NCBI GenBank assembly: GCA_965214095.1
Contig: OZ243938.1
Coordinates: forward strand, 1,568,001 to 1,632,000
Length of the DNA: 64,000 bases
Source of the DNA: Candidatus Poribacteria bacterium
GTDB lineage: Bacteria > Poribacteria > WGA-4E > WGA-3G
Reading direction: 5' to 3'
The position numbers and the translations under genes were made by a program. Shown one piece after another: positions 32,615 to 41,301 of this stretch (position 1 is the stretch's first letter; every line of letters begins with the position of its first letter). The notes beneath the pieces were generated by a model. The model was not told the DNA's origin, searched no databases, and saw only the letters and a program-made list of their open reading frames with translations.

Positions 32615-34600
32615 ATGTATCATAAACAAACCTATAATACGAATCAAATGAAATCTGATAATGCAGATGTAACTACCTGGAAACTCCCCGATGGTGCAAT
32701 TGCACGATTAGGACAAGGACTCGTATTTGACATGGCGTTTTCACCGGATAACGCGTCTCTCGCTGTTGCAACTCGCGTCGGGGTATGGATGTATGAACTC
32801 GACACCATGCAGCCCGTCACATTATTTGAAACCGAACGGGGCATGCTTTCTAACGTCGTCCTTTCACCCGATGGAAAATGTGTTGCTACTAGCAACGGGG
32901 ATGGCATTATCAAGGTGCGAGAGATAGAGACCCGGCGGTGTGTTGCGAAAATACGAGGCTGGCACGGAGGCACCTCCCAACTTGCCTTTTCACCGGATAG
33001 CCAATACATCGCCGCATCTGGCCACGGATACGGCGACGTTTACATCTGGTGCGCAAAAACCGGCCAACATGTCGCAAGTTTCAAAGTGGGAGGCACACTG
33101 AAGGAAGGTGAACGCTCTCCTGCCCGTTTCCCAATCTGCTTTTCACCCGATGGGCAGCTGCTCGTTTATGCTTCTGACTGGACCACCCTTACTGTTCGAA
33201 ACCTAAAAACGAAAGAATGCTTTGCTTATCTGCGTCATCTGCGCGAATCAGGGCATGTGTATGATCTCGTCTTTTCACCTTGTAGTCAGTTTCTTGCTGC
33301 GAGTATTCAGGACCCGACGACACGTGAGAACATTGAGGTGCAAGTGTGGAATATTGATAAAGAGATATTGGAGACAACTTATACCGACTACAACGGAACT
33401 CGGGCGATTCTCGCCTATTCCCCTGATGGGGCATTACGGGTGGCAGATGTGTATGAAGACAAGGTAGTGATGTGGAATGCGTCCCGGGGTGAAAAACTTG
33501 ATACCATTGAATATCCACCAGAAATATGTAGAATAGAACAATGTATCTCGACTGATGGACAACAGTTCGCAATTCTCACCAACCGCGATATCCGCGTGTG
33601 GCGTGCAGGCTCCCCTGCCATAGTAGCACCGCTCACAGTGCCTAATCAGGTGCCAGAATCTCTGTTTTTTTATCAAACGGACAGGATGCTGGTTTGCCAA
33701 CACTGGTATGCAGATACCGTTTTCTGGGATGTTGTCCAGAAACAGGTGTCACCTCCCCCGACTCCACAAAAGAGCGGAGGTAAAAGGTGTGCGCTGTCCC
33801 CTTGTGAAGAATTGTTGGTTCTCATCGGAGAAGGCGGTCAAACTCTTGAAGTCTGGAACATTGTGTCCGGAACCCAGATAGCGGAACTCACCGGACATCA
33901 AAGTTTTATCACCACCGTAGTGTTTTCACCCGCAGGGGAACACCTCATCAGCGGTGATGTAGATGGGAAACTTGTTGTGTGGCGTGTCCAACGTTGGGAA
34001 AAGCAGCATGCATTTATAGGGCATGCTGAGCCGCTTCGGACAGCAGCCTTTCACCCCAACGGACAGCAATTCGCTACTACTGACGGGTATGGTATATTTC
34101 TTTGGGACGTTACGAGTGGTGAACAGCTTGGCTCACCTTCTGTAGACTCCACCTTTGTTACCCTATATAAAGGAGATATGCGACGAATCCAGAGACAAAC
34201 CCAGCCACGTAACAAACTGCCAAAGAATCTCCATTCAATTGCGTTTTCACCTTGTGGCACTTTTTTGGCTGCTGGATTATACGGTGGAGTTCATCTATGG
34301 GATGCTATAACTTTGGAGCCGCACATGGGGATGATTCTACCTGAGAGTTGCTCCCTTGTCGGTGTCGTTGTGTTTTCTCCATGTGGTCGGTATCTTGCCT
34401 CCGGTTCTTGGTGGAACAAAACAGACAAAGTCTCTATCCGTTTATGGGAAGTTGCCACTGGGGAAAACATCCATACCTTCTGGGGGCATACTTCAGATGT
34501 ACAAAATCTCGCTTTCTCAAAGGATGGCGAACTTCTGGCAAGTAGCAGCTATGATGGCACTATTTTATTGTGGGATATGAAACCGTTTATTAACACTTAA
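32615..34600 (+). CDS. WD40 repeat protein, array copy 10
   Basis: Class-B N-terminus; core related to copy 5. Confidence 0.92.
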   Translation: MYHKQTYNTNQMKSDNADVTTWKLPDGAIARLGQGLVFDMAFSPDNASLAVATRVGVWMYELDTMQPVTLFETERGMLSNVVLSPDGKCVATSNGDGIIKVREIETRRCVAKIRGWHGGTSQLAFSPDSQYIAASGHGYGDVYIWCAKTGQHVASFKVGGTLKEGERSPARFPICFSPDGQLLVYASDWTTLTVRNLKTKECFAYLRHLRESGHVYDLVFSPCSQFLAASIQDPTTRENIEVQVWNIDKEILETTYTDYNGTRAILAYSPDGALRVADVYEDKVVMWNASRGEKLDTIEYPPEICRIEQCISTDGQQFAILTNRDIRVWRAGSPAIVAPLTVPNQVPESLFFYQTDRMLVCQHWYADTVFWDVVQKQVSPPPTPQKSGGKRCALSPCEELLVLIGEGGQTLEVWNIVSGTQIAELTGHQSFITTVVFSPAGEHLISGDVDGKLVVWRVQRWEKQHAFIGHAEPLRTAAFHPNGQQFATTDGYGIFLWDVTSGEQLGSPSVDSTFVTLYKGDMRRIQRQTQPRNKLPKNLHSIAFSPCGTFLAAGLYGGVHLWDAITLEPHMGMILPESCSLVGVVVFSPCGRYLASGSWWNKTDKVSIRLWEVATGENIHTFWGHTSDVQNLAFSKDGELLASSSYDGTILLWDMKPFINT

Positions 34601-34699
34601 ATATTTCTCGTAAATTCTCTTGGTCAATTTCATATAATACCTTGACGCACGAGGTTATTGAATACTGAACGTCTATTAGTAATAAAAGGAGACATCTTC

Positions 34700-36763
34700 T
34701 TGGAAAAGAGAATACATACAACCCCCTCATTTAGACCTATTGACGACACAGATGTAACAACTTGGAAACTACCTGAAGGTGCAATCGGCAGATTGGCACG
34801 TGGACGGGTGTCAGATATGTCCTTTTCAGTTGATGGTAAATATCTTGCTGTCGCAACCCCTATCGGTTGTTGGTTGTATGATCGATCATCCCTGAAACCA
34901 CTCGACTTGTTCGAAACAGAATGCGGTATGCTTGATTCCATTGTCTTTTCACACGACACCCAATTCATTGCTACAAGTAATAAAGATGGTGTTCTAAAGA
35001 TATGGGATACACAAACGCTAAAGTGCCTCGCAAAGATAAACCATCGCAAGAATGTAGATGCAACTTCAGGATATTTTTGGAACCTCCATTTTTCTCGGGA
35101 CAACGCATACTTAGCAGCATCTTGTTTTGACAAACAAAATGTTGTCTACGCGTGGCACAAAAACACTGATGAACCTGCGATTTACTTCCCAATTGACTTA
35201 GAAAAAGAAAGTGGACACGACTTTCCTATCTGTTTCTCTCCGATAGGGAATCTACTTGCATACGTGTCTGCTGGAACCCCGCAGAACACTCTCACCATTT
35301 CCGATATAGAGACTAATGAACACATCACACATCTCAACTGTATAGCACCATTGGTATACCGAGGTCTTGTCTTTTCTCCTTGTGGACAATATATAGCTGC
35401 TATCAATCTGAACAATGAGATGTTGGTGTGGAATGTTCACAACGGCACTTTGGAAACGGAACCCACTACTTATAATGGGAGGAGGTTAATCCCTGCCTAT
35501 ACACCCGATGGCACACTACGCGTTGCCGATATTTACGACTATAAAGTTGTAATATGGGATGCTATCCGAAAAGAAATAATGGATACCTTTAAATGTCAGA
35601 ACCGCTGGCATGATCATTTTTCATCCGATGGTGCACACATCGCAACGATCCTCTCGCGCAGCGATCTCTGTGTGTGGACAGTCGGGTCACCGTCAACAAA
35701 AGTTACAAGTCCTGCTGATCATAAACCTGTTCCATATTCGGTTGTTTTTTTTAAAAAAGGTAAAACATTAACAAGTCCAGAAATGTTTGGTGCACAGCTC
35801 GTTTGTTGGAATGTTGCACAGAGGCAAACAGAACAGATTTTCCCAACGCTGAGGATGCAGGCACAGTACACGACTCAAACTAAAAATCTCACAACGGAAG
35901 AAAGACAGGATTTGTTCCGAGTCAGCACATTGTCTCCTTGTGGAAAACGACTAGCACTTTGCAAACTTCCGAGGGGTTCAATTGAAATCTGGGACATTAC
36001 GTCTGAAACACTCATTATAAAACTCTCGGACAGTAGAGGATTTGACGCCGCAATGTGTTTTTCACCTTCTAATAAACATCTCATCGGCACAGCACCTACG
36101 GGCGGTACAGGAGACATCGGTGTATGGGATACACAGTCTGGGAAGAAAGTTAATATGCTCACAGGACATACGAATTATATTTTAACAGTAGCTTTCCATC
36201 CAAGCGGTAAACGACTCGCAACCGTCGCCAAGGATAGAACAGCAAGGCTCTGGGATATTGACAGCGGTGAACAACTCGGAGTTTTCCCCACAGAACTACC
36301 AGAAGATACCTCCCTCTATAGAGGCGATCCAGAGCAGATACACCAATATATTCAAAAATATAAAAAAAGAAGTGGCTATAAGTGCATCCCTTATAAACTC
36401 GTCTTCTCTCCTTGTGGCACAACGATCGCCTGTGGGATAAAAGATCATATCCAGTTGCGAGACACAGATACCTTAGAGACACAGATGCTCATACTGCTAC
36501 CAAAAACGTGCACCAAACCGTTTGCGCTTACATTTTCCCCCTGCGGAAAATACCTCGTCTCTGGGTCGTGGTGGATAAAGGGATTGGACAAAGTATCCAT
36601 AAGAATATGGGAAGTCGCAACGGGTCAAAATATACACACATTCTGGGGACATACAACAGATGTACAGGATTTAGCATTTTCACCGGATGGCAAATATCTC
36701 GCAAGTAGCAGTTATGATGGCACCATACTCCTCTGGGATATGAAACCTATTATATGCACCTAA
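34700..36763 (+). CDS. WD40 repeat protein, array copy 11
   Basis: AAGGAG RBS, TTG start; class-A N-terminus; core related to copies 9 and 14. Confidence 0.92.
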   Translation: MEKRIHTTPSFRPIDDTDVTTWKLPEGAIGRLARGRVSDMSFSVDGKYLAVATPIGCWLYDRSSLKPLDLFETECGMLDSIVFSHDTQFIATSNKDGVLKIWDTQTLKCLAKINHRKNVDATSGYFWNLHFSRDNAYLAASCFDKQNVVYAWHKNTDEPAIYFPIDLEKESGHDFPICFSPIGNLLAYVSAGTPQNTLTISDIETNEHITHLNCIAPLVYRGLVFSPCGQYIAAINLNNEMLVWNVHNGTLETEPTTYNGRRLIPAYTPDGTLRVADIYDYKVVIWDAIRKEIMDTFKCQNRWHDHFSSDGAHIATILSRSDLCVWTVGSPSTKVTSPADHKPVPYSVVFFKKGKTLTSPEMFGAQLVCWNVAQRQTEQIFPTLRMQAQYTTQTKNLTTEERQDLFRVSTLSPCGKRLALCKLPRGSIEIWDITSETLIIKLSDSRGFDAAMCFSPSNKHLIGTAPTGGTGDIGVWDTQSGKKVNMLTGHTNYILTVAFHPSGKRLATVAKDRTARLWDIDSGEQLGVFPTELPEDTSLYRGDPEQIHQYIQKYKKRSGYKCIPYKLVFSPCGTTIACGIKDHIQLRDTDTLETQMLILLPKTCTKPFALTFSPCGKYLVSGSWWIKGLDKVSIRIWEVATGQNIHTFWGHTTDVQDLAFSPDGKYLASSSYDGTILLWDMKPIICT

Positions 36764-36795
36764 AACAACTGATAAAAAATAACTTGGAGGTTTCC

Positions 36796-39000
36796 ATGGA
36801 TAATCAACGATCACAAACACCCACACAAATACCCCAAACAAACGCAGATATTACCACTTGGTCTCTCCCTGAGGGTGCAATTGCACGTTTAGGGCGCGGT
36901 CGTAACCGTGGTGGTCTAACATTTTCACCTGATGGTGATTCTCTTGTTGTTGCGACAGACATCGGGTGTTGGTTGTATGACCTTGATACGCTGACGCCGA
37001 GTGCGTTATGGGCAACAGAACGGGGGATGGTTTCTGCCATCTCCTTTTCTCATAATGGGAAGTGGATTGCTACCACCAACTGGGACGGCATCGTGAAGAT
37101 ATGGGACACACAAACCTTACGCTGCATTTCCCAAATAGAACCACCTTGGCATCCTAATACATATGTAGATTTTTCATCAGATGGGCAGCACTTAGCTCTG
37201 GTTGGTAGTACACAAACTTCTGCATGGACAGCTGTTTACGACTGGCACTTGAACACAACTACGCCTATCATAAACTTAGATTTTACGCTGAAACCACAGG
37301 TATACTCTGCAGTCTCAACAGCTTTTTCCATTAATGGTAATTTATTTGCGTATACGTCCGACTACAATATGACATCTGTGATGCACATGGAGACAGGGGA
37401 GATCATAGCGAAATTTACTGACACATATACCGATGACACATATACCAAAGGTCCTATTTTAGGGACCACCAACTTAGTTTTTTCACCTTGTGGAGAGTTC
37501 CTTGCGGGTTGTAATAAAAAGGACACGGTTCATGTATGGAATATCCAAAGCGGGAACTTTACGATGGAACCGACAACTTATCATCAGAGCACTCGGGTAC
37601 TGCCGACCTACCTATCTGATGGCACATTACGGGTTGCTGCGCGTCATCCAAAAGAAATAATCATCTGGGATACGAAGTCGCAGGAGAAGGTGGACTCCAT
37701 TGCATATTCGGGAGGGATCTTCTGGGCAACGTGCTTTTCAGTTGATGGTAGAAAGTTCGCAATCGCCAGTAGATACGATGATCTTAAGCTCTGGTGTGAA
37801 GGTTGTTCCTCAAAAGTCGTATCTCTGACTGAACATCTACATCCGGACCCTGTCCAAAGGTTCCCGAGCACACTGGATTTTTCTAAGGACAGTCGGACAC
37901 TTTTCTGTGGATACTGGAAACACATCGGACACCTTGCTTGGGATGTTTCGAAGCACCAAATAGCACGGACATTTCCGTCACATTCACATGAATATTCGGC
38001 ACATCCCGATATGCCTTTCACGATGTCACACAATGCGGAACTGATAGCTACTGCAAACGGCATGGACAGCCCCATTAAAGTTTGGGATATAGCGTCAAAT
38101 ACGCAAGTTGCAGAGTTCCTCGAATCTTCATGGCAAGTGTGCTGGCTGACTTTTTCTTCAACAGCAGAATATCTTCTGAGTAGCATGAATAGAGACGCAG
38201 CCAAGGTTTGGGATGTAGAATCTGGCACGCAAGTCGCAGAACTTACTGAGAAGGATAACTTAATGGAGAAAGGGTTCAAGATGAAAATGTTTTCTCCGAC
38301 AGATGAATATATACTCGGTATCAGTAAGGATCGTATCAGCGTGTGGGATGCCTTGAAGTGGGAACATCTTTATGAAACTCACCTCAAGGGTTTTAACAGG
38401 TCAAGGAGAGAGGGAGTATTTAAGTTTGGGACACCGTTGAGGTTTCATCCAGACGGTCAGCATTTCATCACTGCTGGATACGAAAAGGATGCTTTTGTCT
38501 GGGACCTCAAATGCGGTGAACAAGTGGGTTCACTTCACACAGAAAAATGTTTAGATACAACCCTCTATAGAGGTGAGCCACAAGATATCCAGCGTCTCCG
38601 CGAACAACAGAATGCGGACTCTCGACGTATCCGTGGAATTGAAACATCCCCCTGCGGCACTTTTATTGCTGGCGCAATGCATAACGAAATTAGGGTATGG
38701 GACGCTGCTACCTTACAAACCCAAATAGCAATCATACCATCCATTGGCTGTCAGAAGTCTTATATAATAGTGTTTTCACCTTGCAGCAAGTATCTGGCAA
38801 CAGGTGCGTGGTGGCAAGAGGGACAAACAAAAATGTCTATCAGGTTGTGGAATATCATTACAGGTGATAATATTGCCACTTTTTGGGCACACACGACTGA
38901 TGTTGATAAACTTGCGTTTTCACCGGATGGCAAATATCTCGCAAGCGGTAGTTATGATGGTACTATCCTCGTCTGGGATATGAAACCATTTATAAATTAG
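36796..39000 (+). CDS. WD40 repeat protein, array copy 12
   Basis: GGAGG RBS before ATG 36796; core related to copy 13. Confidence 0.92.
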   Translation: MDNQRSQTPTQIPQTNADITTWSLPEGAIARLGRGRNRGGLTFSPDGDSLVVATDIGCWLYDLDTLTPSALWATERGMVSAISFSHNGKWIATTNWDGIVKIWDTQTLRCISQIEPPWHPNTYVDFSSDGQHLALVGSTQTSAWTAVYDWHLNTTTPIINLDFTLKPQVYSAVSTAFSINGNLFAYTSDYNMTSVMHMETGEIIAKFTDTYTDDTYTKGPILGTTNLVFSPCGEFLAGCNKKDTVHVWNIQSGNFTMEPTTYHQSTRVLPTYLSDGTLRVAARHPKEIIIWDTKSQEKVDSIAYSGGIFWATCFSVDGRKFAIASRYDDLKLWCEGCSSKVVSLTEHLHPDPVQRFPSTLDFSKDSRTLFCGYWKHIGHLAWDVSKHQIARTFPSHSHEYSAHPDMPFTMSHNAELIATANGMDSPIKVWDIASNTQVAEFLESSWQVCWLTFSSTAEYLLSSMNRDAAKVWDVESGTQVAELTEKDNLMEKGFKMKMFSPTDEYILGISKDRISVWDALKWEHLYETHLKGFNRSRREGVFKFGTPLRFHPDGQHFITAGYEKDAFVWDLKCGEQVGSLHTEKCLDTTLYRGEPQDIQRLREQQNADSRRIRGIETSPCGTFIAGAMHNEIRVWDAATLQTQIAIIPSIGCQKSYIIVFSPCSKYLATGAWWQEGQTKMSIRLWNIITGDNIATFWAHTTDVDKLAFSPDGKYLASGSYDGTILVWDMKPFIN

Positions 39001-39057
39001 TTTATATGTGCGTCATGTTGATACAAACAAGCAGTAGCAATTGTTGAGGAGATTATT

Positions 39058-41244
39058 ATGCAACATAAACAAACCTATAATACGAATCAAATAAAATCTG
39101 ATAATACAGATGTAACAACTTGGCACCTTCCCGATGGAGCAATTGCACGGTTAGGACGAGGTCGTATCCGTGGGGGTCTAACATTTTCACCTGATGGTAA
39201 TTCTCTTGTTGTTGCGACAGACATCGGGTGTTGGTTGTATGACCTTGAAACATTAACACCACGGGCATTGTGGAATACAGAACGAGGGATGGTTTCTGCC
39301 ATCTCCTTTTCTCATAATGGGAAGTGGATTGCTATCGGAAATATGCACGGCACCGTGAAGGTATGTGACACACAAACCTTACAATCCATTGCAATAATAG
39401 AAACGAACCGACTTGTTACACGTATTAATATTTCTCCGAGTGGACAGCACTTGGCAATTGCTACAGTAGCTGGTGGCGTTCAAACTACTATTTATGCTTG
39501 TCGTCCTCATATCAGTACACCGATTGCAAACTTTGCTTTAACGCAAGAACAACGGGTAAAATGTACAACATCAATAGCATTTTCGCCTAATGGCTGCCTA
39601 TTTGCTTACACGTCTGACATCAATAAAACATCTGTGATATATGTAGAGACAGGAGAAATCATCGCGGAACTTCACGATACGTATACCACGTATACCGAAG
39701 AACCTGGTGGATGTACGAAATTGGTTTTTTCACCGTGTGGTAAGTTCCTTGCGGGGTGTAATAAGAAGGACACGGTTCATGTCTGGGATATCCAAAGCGG
39801 TAACTTCGCAATAGAACCGACAACCTATCATCAGAGCACTCGCGTGCTGCCGACTTATCTATCTGATGGTACCCTAAAGGTTGCAGCGTGTTATCGCAAA
39901 GAGGTAATATTCTGGGATACAAAGTTACAACAGAAGATGGATGCTTTTGAATATATAGGGAGCGAAGGTGGGGCAACGTGCTTTTCAGTTGATGGTAGAA
40001 AGTTCGCAATTGCCAGTAAATACGACGATCTTAAGGTCTGGTGTGAAGGTTCTCCCTCAAAAGTCGTATCTTTACCTGAACATCTACATCCCGACCCTGT
40101 GCAAAGGTTCCCGAATATACTGGATTTTTCTAAAGACAGTCGGACGCTTTTCTGTGGATATTGGAAACACACCGGGTACCTCGCTTGGGATGTTTCGAAG
40201 CACCAAATAGCACGGACATTTCCGTCACATTCACGCGGATATTCGGCACATCCCGAAATGCCTTTCACGATGTCACACAATGCGGAACTGATAGCTACAG
40301 CAAACGGAACGGACAGTCCCATTAGTGTTTGGAATGTAGTCTCAAACACGCAAGTGGCAGAGTTCCTCAAATCTTCACGGCAAGTGTGCTGGCTAACGTT
40401 ATCTCCAAAAGGAGAATATCTTGTGGGTAGCATGAAGGGAGACGCAGCCAAGGTATGGGATGTAGAATCTGGCACGCAAATCACAGAACTTACAGAGAAG
40501 GATACTTCGTTGACGAAAGGAGTCAGAATGAAGATGTTTTCCCCGACAGGTGAATATATACTCGGTATCGGTAAGGATCGTATCAGCGTGTGGGATGCCT
40601 TGAAGTGGGAACATCTTTATGAAACTCGCCTCAAAGAGTTTAACCGGTCCAGGAGAGACGGAGTGTTTAAGCTTGGGACACCGTTGAGGTTTCATCCAGA
40701 CGGTCAGCATTTCTTCACTGCTGGATACGAAGTGGGTGCTTATGTGTGGGAACTCAAAAACGGTGAACAAGTGGGGACACTACCCACAGAAATATGCATA
40801 GATACAACCCTATATAGAGGAGATCCACAGAACATCCAGCTGGTCCGTAAACAGCAGGAAACGACCCGTCGCGTCCGACAACTTGAGGTATCTCTTTGCG
40901 GTACTATTATTGCTGGCGCAATGCAAAACGAAATTAGGGTATGGGATGCAGCCACACTACAAACAAAAATGGTGATAATACCTCCGAAAGGATGTCAAAA
41001 ACCTTTCACCTTAGCCTTTTCACCGTGTAGTCAATATCTTGCTGCTGGCGTATGGTGGCAACACGGACAAATAAGAATGTCTATCCGGGTATGGAATATC
41101 ACTACTGGTGAAAATATTACTACCTTCTGGGCACATCCTACCGATATCGATAGACTTAGGTTTTCACCGGATGGCAAATATCTCGCAAGTGGCAGTTATG
41201 ATGGCACCATCCTGCTCTGGGATATGAAACCATTTATAAATTAG
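39058..41244 (+). CDS. WD40 repeat protein, array copy 13
   Basis: Class-B N-terminus; core related to copy 12. Confidence 0.92.
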   Translation: MQHKQTYNTNQIKSDNTDVTTWHLPDGAIARLGRGRIRGGLTFSPDGNSLVVATDIGCWLYDLETLTPRALWNTERGMVSAISFSHNGKWIAIGNMHGTVKVCDTQTLQSIAIIETNRLVTRINISPSGQHLAIATVAGGVQTTIYACRPHISTPIANFALTQEQRVKCTTSIAFSPNGCLFAYTSDINKTSVIYVETGEIIAELHDTYTTYTEEPGGCTKLVFSPCGKFLAGCNKKDTVHVWDIQSGNFAIEPTTYHQSTRVLPTYLSDGTLKVAACYRKEVIFWDTKLQQKMDAFEYIGSEGGATCFSVDGRKFAIASKYDDLKVWCEGSPSKVVSLPEHLHPDPVQRFPNILDFSKDSRTLFCGYWKHTGYLAWDVSKHQIARTFPSHSRGYSAHPEMPFTMSHNAELIATANGTDSPISVWNVVSNTQVAEFLKSSRQVCWLTLSPKGEYLVGSMKGDAAKVWDVESGTQITELTEKDTSLTKGVRMKMFSPTGEYILGIGKDRISVWDALKWEHLYETRLKEFNRSRRDGVFKLGTPLRFHPDGQHFFTAGYEVGAYVWELKNGEQVGTLPTEICIDTTLYRGDPQNIQLVRKQQETTRRVRQLEVSLCGTIIAGAMQNEIRVWDAATLQTKMVIIPPKGCQKPFTLAFSPCSQYLAAGVWWQHGQIRMSIRVWNITTGENITTFWAHPTDIDRLRFSPDGKYLASGSYDGTILLWDMKPFIN

Positions 41245-41301
41245 TTTATATGTGTGTCATGTTGAGCTAAACAAACTGCAGCAATTGCTGAGGAGATTAT
41301 T

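Noticed and set aside
35744-35760. T8/A6 homopolymer in WD40 copy 11 as a phase-variation tract
   Set aside because: The run is short, the frame is intact, it is not shared by paralogues, and it is expected in AT-rich DNA.
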